A DNA stretch of 63,616 nucleotides, filler included, from Basidioascus undulatus (Eukaryota): assembly GCA_000826855.1 (NCBI GenBank). It is 4 parts of 4 records of this genome, joined end to end, with 100 filler letters (N's around TTAATTAATTAA, not from the genome) between each part and the next. Parts side by side here need not be neighbours in the genome. Positions count along the whole stretch, not along the records: positions 1 to 10,843 come from JTLS01001077.1; positions 10,944 to 21,786 come from JTLS01001078.1; 2 more parts are not named here. The stretch is one strand, 5' to 3'. A model generated the notes under the pieces. It was not told the origin of the DNA and ran no database searches. It saw only the letters and a list, made by a program, of their open reading frames with translations. Shown here one piece after another: positions 1 through 11,885 of this stretch (positions within the stretch are counted from its first letter, which is position 1; each line of letters starts with the position of its first letter). Both the position numbers and the translations under genes were made by a program.

Positions 1-357
1 AGGCGCGGTGTGCAAGGGCTCGGAGAGGGCCGTCATGAAGGACGAGCGTGAAGCGGAGGGCGCGATGCTCAGGGACCCATTCGCCTGGCCGTCTGGCGGC
101 GTGACGTAGAGAGCGGTGGGCTGAGGAAAGGTGAAGTCTCCCGGCGGATACTCCGTAACTGGCGATATCCGCAGCTCCGAGAGCGATACGGGCGGCGAGT
201 CCGGGGCCTCGGTCGGCGCGTAGCTCGACGTCTGAGCTTGAGAGACCGCCGAGACGACAGAGAAGCGACGATCATCCTCCCACTCGTCGACCTCGGAGAA
301 GTAGTACCCCGAGTGGCTAGACGAGCGACGTTCATGAAGGTCGAAAGAAGGTCCCAT
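1..357 (-). CDS. Hypothetical protein, N-terminal part (runs off the left edge of the window)
   Basis: ATG at 357 opens a stop-free frame to base 1 (MGPSFDLHERRSSSHSGYYFSEVDEWEDDRRFSVVSAVSQAQTSSYAPTEAPDSPPVSL...), preceded by a pyrimidine-rich leader. No domain recognised. Confidence 0.45.
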   Translation of the reverse strand, partial: MGPSFDLHERRSSSHSGYYFSEVDEWEDDRRFSVVSAVSQAQTSSYAPTEAPDSPPVSLSELRISPVTEYPPGDFTFPQPTALYVTPPDGQANGSLSIAPSASRSSFMTALSEPLHTAP

Positions 358-1769
358 TGCGAGAAGAAGGGAGCGTGGGAAGGGGCCGAGCCGTGGGATG
401 GGTCGTAATCGAAGACGAGGCCGACGACGAGGATTGCGAAGGATCCCCGAATCCTAACGAAGGGGATGAGAAGAGAAGAGGAGGAGTGAGCGTGTGAGGG
501 AGAAAGAGTTGAGGGCCTGAGAGCGACTACAGAAAGTCGAGAGGACGAGCGGCGCAGTTGGCCATGGCACAAAGCTCGCCAGGGCATGGGACCCGGGCCT
601 CTTGAAGGCTCACTGAGGCGGAGCTCCAGGGTTCTGTTGCACCAGAACGCGACTCGGAGCGACGGAATCACGAAAAGCCGGCGAATGGGTAGGGTTGGAT
701 CAGGACAACAGAGGCGACGATAAGCGGGGACCCGTTTGACCCCATCCACGCCCATCGGCTCCATCAGCTGAACGCCACGAAGCACTCGAGGACGATTTAC
801 AAGATCTGGAAGGGCGGCTTCGATGACGCCAGCTTTCGCGACGGAAGACCGGGCGGCATCAGAATATTGACTCTATTGTAATTGAAGGACAAAATGTTAG
901 AGGCAATCAGCGAGAAATAATGGAGGTACAGTTGAGAGGTGCGGCAAGGGGCAGTTTAAGTTCAAGGCAGGTCCCGTCCGATCGAGACTTGAGAAGCTCA
1001 CGCACGATCAGAGGCAAAATGCCTCACATTCGCAATAATTTTGCCAACGTGCGTCCGGCCGGGACCTCCACTCCTCTCAAGTTCTCAACGGCGCTGCGGC
1101 GGCTCCCGCAAGCGTCTGCGGGAGGGATATGAAACTGCAAGATCCCGCTATTCCTAAAAAGAAGGGAAACAAAACCCCTCCCACCTGCCGATGGTGAACC
1201 TGGCGGTCGATTCATCTAGCAGCAGAAGATTAGGACATTGGGCAACTGCTCCTGCTCGCTTGTGACCCTCAAGTCATGGTGTTAGGACGTAGTTCTCTTG
1301 CATAGCTGCAGCAGCAAGGCCGGGACGGCAATCGGTGCGAAGCGGGGATTGATAGCATTGTAGAGTACATACCTGCGAGTCCCCACATCCTCACTTCGGT
1401 GACACTGCCTGCGGGCCCCAACATCTTCATCCAACTTCAACAACTGTTTACGGACCGTGAAAGACGATCACCCCTTGGGCTTAGCCCTCTGCCAGCTTTG
1501 GCCAGCTGGCCGTGGTGAAGACGCAGCGCTCACTTCAGCCTCACTCACTCGCGCTCACCGACCAATAGCCGCCGCCACAAAGATATTGTACGAGCAGGCC
1601 ATCAGATACACAGTGATGAACAATGCAAATGCACGTGCGAGATCTTACAAACTAGAACGGTAGCGGCAAATGAAGCGGGCAGAAAAGAAAAGGATGCACA
1701 AACAACAGATCCTGACCCGTCGGCCCCATCCCCATCCACCCAACCCTCCTCCTCCACCTCACGTCACGC

Positions 1770-4261
1770 TTACATCGCCAGTCTCTCCAACCCCTCCTCC
1801 AGTGCCTCCCAGCCCCTTCCGAGCTCGCGCACCCACGCCGCCTCCGCGCCCGCAAAGTCCCGCGCGGTCTGCTGGAGCAACACGCCCTCCTGCCTCTGGA
1901 GCACGAACGCGAGCTCGGCCCAGAGGCACCACCGGCCGTACACCCTGCGCGAGAGGAGCACGGCGATCTCCGCCTGGTCGCGCTCGATCTCCGTCAGGTA
2001 CTTGTCCACCTCCGCGGCGGACGCGGGCGGCGCGGCGGCGCCGGCGCCGGGCGGGGAGGAAGACGCCGTGCTGCTGGAGGGAGGGGGCTGGTTGCGGAGC
2101 GCGTCGAGCTTGCGCTGGGACGTTTCGATGCGCTTTTTCAGACGCTCGACAGAGTCGGGGGAGAGCCGCTCGTGTCGTTGCAGCAGGGCGGAGAAAGAAA
2201 CGTAGAGGTCGCGTTGGCGCTGTTGCCCCCCACTCCAACCCAGTAAGCATCACGTCCAGGTCCAGCACGCTGTGAAAGTGTCGAACGCACCTTGAAGTCC
2301 TCCACGATACCAAGGATCATCTTTGCCGCCCGCTCCTCCACGGCCTCGGCATGCTCGCCCGCCCGCTGGCCGAGCACCTCGACGATGCCACGCACGCTAT
2401 CCCCCTCGGCGCGCCGCCACGCCTCGCCGTCCGCCTCCGCGAGCCCGCGCGCAGTGACGCCGAAGCGCGCCCAGTCCGCCGCGTCCGCCTCGCGCCGGCG
2501 CGCGATACGCTCCAGCAGCGCGCACAGTCGCTGCCAGGACTCGATCACGGCGGGCAGGGAGGACTTGATGGTTCTGCGGTTTGTAGAGCGTTGGTGAGAT
2601 GCAAAAAGAAGGGTAAGGGAGAGGAGAGTAGTTGGAGAACCCACGAGAGTCGCTCTTCCAGATCGACAGGGATTGACATCTCCGCATTGCGGTCAAGGCG
2701 CTTCGAGATGGCCTGCAGATATGTGACTGCGTCAACGATGGGGACGAAGAACAGAAGTGATCCCGACTGACCTCTTCCTCGTGCGAGACCTGCGTGCTCT
2801 TTCGCCATTGCTCCAGATTAGGCTCCTCCATGAACGTTTTGACCACGCCATCCTGCTTCAACGTAGGGTGGTTTCTGCAGTACCCACGCCCCACAACCGC
2901 ACATCAGCCACCCCCTCCAACTGTTTCCTCTGCCCATGAAGGCGATACTAACACGACAAAGTTGATAAAGCGCTGCAAGCCCCTCCGTCGGTTCTCGAGG
3001 AAGGTGGGGTCAGCGCTGAGGGTGTGGCCTGAGACTAGACGCTCCGATCAGTCACCGTCAGTGCTTCCGAGTGGTCCGCATGCTGCCTGAGGATGCTGGC
3101 ACTTCACCTGTCAGGCGCTTGGGAGGGAGGAGCGGGAGGAGGCGGAAGGGGTAGCGGGAACGGAGGATGTCAAGGAACCAGTCGAAGTCGGAGTAGCGTC
3201 GCGAGACGGGCGAGGTTCGGGACTGTAAGAAGGAGCGAGAGGTGTGAGGAGGGTAGGGGGAGGTTGAATAGGAAGGGAAGCGCACGGAGGACTCGAGAGT
3301 GAAGACGTGATGCTTGAGGATGAAGCCTGGATCTCCTCATGTCAGCCCCGACGGTTCTACACGAGCAACCAATCCCTTCTCTTCCCACTCACCCTCTTTC
3401 TCCGCTCTCAACTGCACCTGCACTGTCTCCACCACTCCCTTCCACGTCTCGCCCTCCCCCGCGCCTGCAGCGGGCGGGTCGTCCGCCTCCTGCCCAAACT
3501 CGATCCCAAAGTGGTTCGACGCGGCCACCGGCACGGCTCCATTGACTCCCGAAGTTGTGTTCCAGGGATCCGAGTCGAGGGTCCCGCCGCGCAGAGGCGC
3601 GCGCGGCGCGGGCGTTGCGAATGCGGAGGACGCCTGCGCGACGGCTGCGCGATCGAGCGTGGGGAGGGGGAGGGCGTGCTTGTGCGCGATGACGGCTTCG
3701 ATGGAGGGCTCTTGGCCTTGCTGCGCAAACGCGGTGAGCGCCAGCGCGACGCAGAGCTCGAGCTTCGAAACGCGCGCGCGGGAGGCGGTGAGGTTGACGA
3801 TCTGAGCAGGGGGTGGAGATGAGCGTGATTGCGGTTTAGGGTGTGGCATCGGAAGCGCACCTTCTCTATCTGTGATGCAGGAAGGTTGCTGGCTGCAAGT
3901 ACGCGGTGCAGCGTGTTGACTGATACGTCGCCCTGTCGTGCTTGGTCGGCAGCGGCCCAAGTCTGATGATACGCCTGGGGCAGCTCGCTCTCGGCTTATC
4001 GGGCGCAGATCCCACAGTTTCAGTGTTGCATCATCTGCATTCCTCCAACCTGGTATTCGCAAGCTCACATATAATCGAATCAAATGGGGTAGTGTACGCC
4101 GGGGGAGGCGCGGGAGGAGGCATGCTCGCGCTACCCCAGGGGTCGACGTCCGAGGTGTCGTAGGATGGGCGTGAGCTGAGGGGCCCGACCTCTGAGGCGG
4201 TGCCGAAGGAGAGTGTGGTGCCAGAGAGGCGCGTGGTAGCGCCCCGGCTGGTGTTGAACAT
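1770..4261 (-). CDS. MVP1: Sorting nexin Mvp1/SNX8 (PX + BAR domains), multi-exon
   Basis: Spliced frames give MFNTSRG...DVDPWGS, the PX signature VSRRYSDFDWFLDILRSRYPFRLLPLLPPKR, then FLENRRRGLQRF and NHPTLKQDGVVKTF. A helical BAR region (LERIARRREADAADWARFG) follows and ends ...LERLAM* at 1770. Confidence 0.88.
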
Positions 4262-4516
4262 GGCGAGAACGGGAGTCTCAACAGCGAGCACGACCAGCGC
4301 GGCGAGATGCAAGTCAGGGGCAAGGCAGGGCCGTCGTCTCCGTGAGGGGAGCTGGCCAACGTCAGCGAGCCGGCCTTGCCGACGGCGGCAAGGCACGCAT
4401 TCGGGCGAGAAACTCGCGCTCAAGTGCTCAAGTCAGCAACGAGCTCGGCTTTCCGTCTTGCCTTCTCGCCATCACCACACCCACACCTTCACCCTCACTT
4501 TGCATAGCCGACCACG

Positions 4517-5864
4517 ATGATCGCGCTACGGCAAGCGCAGCCCGTACCCACGCTGCAGAACAACCTCCCTTCACAGCCGGACGACGCACCCGAGCAATGC
4601 CCCGTACGCCACACAGCGCCGCGTCTTCTTCCTCTGACGACCTCTCGGCTGACTTGCTGCGTCGCCTTTGCAGGGTACCGATTCCGACCAGGCAGGAAAG
4701 GCGGACGCTTGCGCAGGATGGTGAGTATCGCAGTGTGATGTGGCAAGGGTGGTCCTTGTACAGGGCAGCAGCTGACGAGAGACCATCCAACCAGCCCGAA
4801 CCAGCCCGTCTGCGCCACAGCGCCCAAGGGGCCTGACCCGGATCTCCCGCTCGTCAAGGCGCGCATGGAGACCGTGCGGAGGAAGATCCTCGTCTTGTCT
4901 GGGAAGGGCGGCGTGGGAAAGAGCACCTTCACGGCGCAGCTGGCGTGGGCGATGGCGGCGGACGAGGACTGCCAGGTGAGTTTCTCAGTTCCGTTTTGGA
5001 TGTACTCGTGGCATGCTCATTCAAATTCACCTTCTCTTGACAGACCGCCATCATGGACGTCGACATCTGCGGCCCCTCGATCCCGACCATCATGGGCCTC
5101 GAGGGCGAGACGGTGCACTCGTCCTCGTCCGGCTGGTCGCCCGTCTACGTCTCGGACAACCTCGGCGTCATGTCCATCGGGTTCATGCTTCCCTCGCGCT
5201 CGGACGCCGTCATCTGGCGGGGGCCGAAGAAGAACGGGCTGATCAAGCAGTTCCTCAAGGACGTCGACTGGGGCGACCTCGACTACCTCCTCGTCGACAC
5301 GCCGCCCGGCACGTCCGACGAGCACCTCTCCGTCGTCCAGTACCTCAAGGAGAGCGGCATCGACGGCGCAGTCGTCATCACCACGCCGCAGGAGGTCGCG
5401 CTCCAGGACGTGAGGAAGGAGATCGACTTCTGCCAGAAGGTCGGCATCCGCGTCCTCGGCGTCGTCGAGAACATGTCCGGCTTCGTCTGCCCCAGCTGTC
5501 ATGGTCGCAGCGAGATCTTCGCGCCTAGCACCGGCGGCGCGGAGCGGTTGGCAAAGGAGACCGGGCTGGAGTTGCTGGGCAAGGTGCCGCTGGTGCGTTT
5601 TCCTGTTCTTGATCGTCCATGAGATGCGACGGTACTGACCCTTCCTCAATGCTCTTAGGATCCCCGCATTGGCAAGGCGTCCGACTTCGGGCTCAACTTT
5701 CTGGAAGAGCACCCCGACTCGCCCGCCACCACCTCCTACCTTGACATCATCAAGCGTGCGTCCTCGACCGCATTATCCGCGCTTCTTCCTCCTGCGCAAT
5801 TCCCGTGCTGACTTCAGTCCCACGCTCTTTCGCAGGCATTCGCACCATCCTCGGCGACGACTGA
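4517..5864 (+). CDS. NBP35: Cytosolic Fe-S cluster assembly factor Nbp35 (Mrp/NBP35 P-loop NTPase)
   Basis: N-terminal CX13CX2CX5C motif ([26 protein letters not shown] after splicing), deviant Walker [38 protein letters not shown] and [11 protein letters not shown]. Ends RIRTILGDD* (TGA 5862-5864). Confidence 0.95.
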
Positions 5865-6534
5865 GCTCACATTCGTCTCCCTTTCGCTTCCTCGCATGCT
5901 CTTACATTTCTCTTCCTGTCGGGTTTCGGCTTGTCTGCACTGCATCTGTATTACCCCTCTCATGCCTTTTGGACGTTGTATTACCCTTACTCTCTTTTCG
6001 CCCACTCACATGCATCGCATATGACAAACTGTTCATACATTCGGCGTTTGGCCGGCCCTTCAGTCTTGGCTGGGAAGAGCGCTGCGTGCGGTCTTGGTGT
6101 TGCCGTGTGTCGCTCGCCTAGGTGTCAGTCGGCGTGGGCTGCTCATCTAGTAGAGGTCTTTTTGGACAGACTGCTCTTCTCGCAACTTATGGAATTTGCG
6201 AGCTGAAAGCGGCAGCCAGCGCGGTGTGTCGGCTGTGTGGGCGGTGGCATAATCTCTCATCAACGTCTTTTTCTCCTTCACTCACCCTTCTTCTCAACGA
6301 CACCACATGCCTCCGAACGCTCCTTCGTATTCAACAGTCGATCTGGGCGGCCCCCTGGTGCGCCCCGCCTGCCGACTGCCCACGAGCAGTGTGCCCGACC
6401 CACCGAGCCAAGGGCGCCCCTCCACTCCGAAACAAGCTCGTGGTCGGCTGCCGGCCAGCGGCGGCAGTCATAAAGCCGTCGGTCGTCCTCTCCCTCAACA
6501 CCTCGCATCCACCTTCAAACGCTGCCAACAAAGA

Positions 6535-9301
6535 ATGCTTTCGTCCCTCATACTCGCGCCTTACCACCTCTTCGTTACGCCGCAGTGGCAGCGCAAGGCC
6601 CGCGCGAAGGTTGCAGAGCGCGAGCGGCTGCTCAGCGAGGGAGTGAGACTCGCCGGGGTGGACGTGGATGTCGGGAAGGATGTGGAGTTTCTGAAAGCTG
6701 GAGGTGAGTGATCTAACATGTGCCAAGCAGTCGTTGATGTGCTGACAGCGTGAACCGGCAGTCAAGGAGATCACTGAGCGGATTGCGCAAGGAGAATGGA
6801 CAGCTGTGAGGGTGGTACAGGTGCGCATCGCAATCTTTCTTTCATCCGTAAGATCTCGATGAATGCCTACAGTAAGGGTTCCGCTAGGCGTACGTTCGCT
6901 CGTCTGCCCGAGCGCACAAGGCGACCAACTGCCTGACTGAGAGTGCGTCTCTCCTTCTTTACGCATCGCCATGACTACATCTCAGCGACGTCTTCCTTTG
7001 TCCATGAAGTCCTCTATGCTCAAGCGCTCGCCGAAGCCCAAAAGCTCGACGAGGAGTTCGGGAGGACTGGGAAACTCAAGGGACCGTGCGCCGAGGTCCC
7101 AAACCTCGCGAGGGACTTGACGCTGACGTTTGGAGTGTTCGCGCAGGCTGCACGGCGTCCCGGTCAGCTTGAAGGATCAGTTGAACGTTGAGGGAGTGGA
7201 TACGACCCTTGGGTTTACGAAGTGCGTTGGACTCCAGCTGAAAGTCGTCAGAGTCCATGCTGACGCTACCCTCGCTCGCAGGTACATCGGACGGAGGGCG
7301 ACGGAGGACGCTGCTGTGAGCACACAGCACCCTCAACCGATTCCAAATTTTCCTAACAACATCCTTTGTTACCAAGCTGGCCCAAATCATTCGCGCGGCC
7401 GGCGGCATCCCGATCGTGAAGACCAACATTCCACAGGTTTGTTTCTTTCTCAGAGCCGTGTCCATGCTTGTCTACTGACTGACTTCTCTTCAGACCATGC
7501 TTTCCTTCGAGTGCGCCAACCCGCTCTTCGGATGCACGACGAACCCGCGTTCGCCTGCCCACACGAGCGGCGGGTCGTCCGGAGGCGAGGCTGCGCTACT
7601 CGCACAGGACGGCAGCGTTTTCGGGATCGGAAGTGACGTTGGAGGTTAGTAACTTGCTTAGTTTTCCCCTTCCCCTTTAGTCTATGATCTGAACCTTGGT
7701 TTGGATCTACAGGCTCGCTGCGCATCCCTACATCGTTTTGCGGTGTCTACTCTTTGAAGCCGGGACACGGACGCTGGCCTACCAGGGGTGCTATCGGTGA
7801 GTCACGAACTTAGCGGCTCTTTCACGGAACACAGCTGACTGCTGTATTCAACAGAGCCCGTCCCAGGCTACGAAGGAGTGCACTCCGTTCTTGGCCCGAT
7901 GGCGCGCAGCGTGTCCGACCTCCAGGCTGTCGCTCGCGCCATTCTCGAAAGCCCACTGCACGGCAAGGCGTCCGAATCGACGATTGTTCCCCTCCCTTGG
8001 CGTGATATCGAGCTCCCCAAGCGCGTTCGGTTTGGGTATTACAAGACAGGTGAGTCTCAGATAGCCGTTGGTCAATTATACAGCTTGCCCTCTGAACGGT
8101 GTGCGCAATAGACGGCTTCGTGACTGCTTCTCCGGCTTGCCAGCGCGCAGTTCAGGAGACTGTCGACGCGCTGCGGAGGGAAGGACACGAGATGGTCGAG
8201 ATTGAATTGCCTGACGGTATGAACCGATTATACAGCTTGGCCTATGGTCTACGACGCTTACCTCTTCTGCCGCGATTGTAGTCAGCCGCGCCTTCGAAAT
8301 CTTCGTTGCGCTCAGCTCCTCAGACGGCTACAAGACGCTGTTGTCTCATGTCGGACCTGATCCCAGAGTATGTGCCAACAAGATACGCCTCGTCCGACCG
8401 CCTCATATCTGACGCCTTACACCCTGAACGCAGGACCCCAGCCTGTTTCTCGTCGCCCTGGCGCCGCGGCTGCCGAGTATGATCTCTCCTGTCTTTGTCT
8501 TTAGAAAGCTCCACTGACTTCTCCAGCCTGTCAGAAATCTTCCGCGACATCCTAGTGTGGTCGATACGCACCTTCACCCGCAACAAGGCGTTCGCGCGAA
8601 TCTTGGCTGCAATCTGCCCTAAGTCGGTGGGGGAGCTGTGGCGTTGGACGAAGAAACGTTCCGACTTTATCGAGGAGTTCCGGACGAAGGTAAGCCAATA
8701 TGTTTTAGTTTAGACTGCATGTGGGTATGGTCGTGAATTGATTGGGGCGCATCTTTCTGCAGACTTTCAAGCGACACAACCTCGATGCTATTATCGCCCC
8801 CGTCAATGCATGTCCTGGACTCCCGCACGGCGCCACAAAGAACTTGAATATGCTGGCAACGGGGACCATTCTCTAGTGAGTGGCATCGCTTGTGTTTCCG
8901 AGCTGCTCTCACCTCGCCTTGCTCTGTCAGTAACATCGTCGATTCTGGTCAGTGCCACACCTACTCTCGGACGAACAGGCAACGCTTGACTCCTTGCCTC
9001 TGCAGCCGTCGGCGTGCTTCCAGTCACCAATGTCGACCCGAACCTGGATGCATTGCCTTCCGACTTCCTCGCCAAGTCGAGGGGGATGGTTCCGGCTGCC
9101 GAAGCCCTGATATACGGCGGTCGCAACCCGGTCTACGACGTTCACGCCATGAAAGGGCTGTCCGTCGGGGTGCAGGTTGTCGGCCGCGGACCGTTTGAGG
9201 AAGAGCGCGTCCTCGCAATGTTAAAGGTGGTTGATGATGCTCTTGGGCCTCGTGGATTTGGTGTGGGGACCTGGACGGAACAGAAGCCAACAATGGGTTG
9301 A
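6535..9301 (+). CDS. Amidase-signature family enzyme (acetamidase/FAAH-like), about 17 exons
   Basis: LHGVPVSLKD (catalytic Lys), KTNIPQ, GGSSGGEAALLA and GSDVGG/SLRIP (Ser-cisSer-Lys triad), GPMARSVSDL, GLSVGVQVVG..EEERVL. The start could be the in-frame ATG at 6307 instead of 6535. Confidence 0.92.
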
Positions 9302-10196
9302 ACAGGCTCTCTCGACGAAGGACTGTAGCTTCCAGTCATCGCTATGTTTCTTTTGTGGATATTAAAGTGATATATACCTATGTCTTCAATATTTGTTCGA
9401 ACGGATGGCATGCACAGTACGCAGCCGAAGGGACGTCAGAACCTCTTCGAGAACAGTCTGATAGCTCTGAAGCGGTACAAGACTATAATACAAATGGTAC
9501 ATTATGCACAGGGCTATCATCAGACCCCAGGACTTCAGACCGTCAATTTATCCCGGGTTGTGCGTGCCAACTTGAACCCAGCGTCGATGTCCTGTCAGGA
9601 CATGTCGTGAATTCCAGAACCCTGGGTTCTTCGTGATCTCTTCTGGTCCCTAGAACGCACATCAGACGCATACCCTTGCATAAGCATACTCATCGAAAAG
9701 AACACCTGCAGGCTCGGAGGACTAATGTGACTTGTGGTAGCTCAGTAGACCATACTCGATGCATGTTGCGGCTGCAACGCCCACCGACTCGAGTTCGCTG
9801 CAAGTTGCGCGAAGCACGGCGCATCGAAGCCACCTTTTCGCAGGGCATTCGACACGCTTCATAAAGGCTTTTAAATCGGTATTTACACGGAGACACAGTC
9901 CGCGTAATTTCCCTCAAACCTGAAAAAACTGCGCATGCCTGACGACAATGACCTCAGCAGTCGCATATCCGGCAAGATAGCGACGAGACACAAGCACGGA
10001 AAGGGAATGGCATGAATTTCGTTAATGAACAAGAGGGGTCAGCCAACGCAACCGGAGACCAAAGTTTCTTCCCTCGCCCCGGGGCTCCCCTCACGACGGT
10101 GACACTTCCAGCCTGTACCGATCCGACATCTCGTCGAACGGCACTCCAACGGCGGCGGGGTCGTCCCTCGACATTCTTACCGAACGCTCTATCAGT

Positions 10197-10843
10197 CTAC
10201 AGCGTCTGGCAATAAAAACACAGCTGAGCGTACTGGTCTGCGCCGCGGTAAAAGAGCACCCTGAGACCACGCGGTTGGAAGAAGAAGCGTTGCCATTGCT
10301 CGAGCCTAGAGTAATGAAAGGATAAGCGGTCAGTCTCCGTGCATGGCAGAGAGCAATCAGGGATACAGTGAGTGCACGTACAGAAGGCGCACAGCCTCTT
10401 CTGCACGGGCATCCTTGTTCCCACCGCCGAGCAAGCGGCCGAAGAAGCCGGACGAGCGGTGTTCCACGTCACCATCACCGATGCGAGCGATAGCTGATCA
10501 GCGGATCATCCAAACGTCAGCATCGCCCATGTGCAGCGAACCGAGAGGACATTGGGTACCATCGATGAGGTCCGCCCAGTCTCGGTCTCGCACGTCGTTC
10601 CCAGCCAGCGAGCTCGCCCACTCGGGCAAGTACGGCGGGAACCGCAGCCTGCCGCACTCGGAGATTACGGAGAAGGGCCTGAAGCGCTGTGGGCGCAGGT
10701 CGTGCGGGGGGTGGCGTGAGAAGCACGCCGGTGTCGGCAGGACGTCAGTGCGTCCGCCGCGGCTCGGACGCGAACGGCTGCGGCCAAAGTCGTGCCGGCG
10801 GTCCCGCTCTCGAGAGCGCGAGCGCGAGCGCGAGGAGCCACGG
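10197..10843 (-). CDS. Hypothetical protein, 3' part (5' end lost in gap), with an RS/RE-rich segment and a WQRFFFQPRGLRV motif
   Basis: Three exons splice in frame: RGSSRSRSRSRERDRR...LAGNDVRDRDWADLID / AIARIG...AEEAVRL / LEQWQRFFFQPRGLRVLFYRG...CQTL*. The introns are canonical GT..AG. Confidence 0.55.
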
Positions 10844-10943
10844 NNNNNNNNNNNNNNNNNNNNNNNNNNNNNNNNNNNNNNNNNNNNTTAATTAATTAAN
10901 NNNNNNNNNNNNNNNNNNNNNNNNNNNNNNNNNNNNNNNNNNN
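10844..10943. other. Assembly gap / artificial contig spacer
   Basis: 44 N + TTAATTAATTAA (stops in all six frames) + 44 N. Confidence 0.98.
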
Positions 10944-11099
10944 AATGAAAGGGGAGGCGGAGCAGGGGGCTGAGGCGGGGGTGTCTTTATGGCACATTTT
11001 TTGCAGCGCGCTCACACCGTGCCCCCGCGCCGCCTTAAGTCACGTAGTGATTGGTTGATTGAACGGGGGCCGGGAGGAAGTATGCAGTAATTGGCGGCG

Positions 11100-11885
11100 T
11101 CGTCGTATTGCACGCAATTGGCCGACTGGGAGGGCATGCAATTTGCCGACTGCGAGCACCTTCGCCGACCGGGGATACTCCTGGAATACAGAGCACCTTG
11201 AGAATGTCGATGGGTACTTCGTCCAAGAATCTGAATTCGAAAGTGCCGACATCCCAATGCCTGAACCCAAGACAACCGAAGAGATGCAACAAGATCAGCT
11301 CCTCGGCACCGGAGTCAATGCGAAGGCGATCGATACGCGGGAAGCTCGCTGTCGAGTCTCCAATGCATTCGATATCGGCTGTAACGGCCCCGGCGACGGA
11401 ATGCAAAGTCGAAACATCGATCATGATGAGGCTGGTCTTGAGCGCCTGGACGGCGACTTTAGCAGCCTAACGCAAGAAGGCGACCTCGGTCGCCTCGGTC
11501 ATGCTTGCCTACGGCGTCAAGCGGATACCGCTCAGAAAGAGACGAGAGTAGGCAGATCCGAGCCTGGATCATGATGTCTTATCGAGGAAAAAGCAATCTT
11601 ACCGAGCACCAGAGCAAGCTCGATCGATGGCGGGATGCGAGCTGGCGAAGCGCCATGGGAGATCGATGTCGACGGCGCCCTTACTGAGCAGTGGGTGCGC
11701 CCAAGAATGAAAAGTGCTGTTGACCTCTCAGAGGGTGCGAAGGAGGCCTCGAAAGACTTTGAACTCTTCAGGGCGATAGTGCCCCGTCGAGTGGAGCGTC
11801 GAAGAGAGCGACGAAGTCGGCGTGCAGATGTGCGAGACAAGAAGTGCGAGACAAGAAGGTAGACCAGATGAGGGTTGTTGAGCCG
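11100..11885 (-). pseudogene. Decayed F-box-like gene (copy A)
   Basis: Fragments PHLVYLLVSH / LHADFVALFDAPLD / EEFKVFRGLLRTL*EVNSTFHSWAHPLLSKG and SFPRIDRLRIDSG..WDVGTFEF. Contains frameshifts, an in-frame TGA and a 14-bp tandem duplication (11830-11857). Homologous to 15950-17065. Confidence 0.7.

Noticed and set aside
9350..10000. Coding-like fragments on the minus strand downstream of the amidase
   Set aside because: Multiple stops and no recognisable family, so it cannot be supported even as a pseudogene.
10888..10899. TTAATTAATTAA palindrome repeated three times in the window
   Set aside because: It is always embedded in identical N runs and is an artificial six-frame-stop linker, not a biological repeat, PacI-related site or transposon target.
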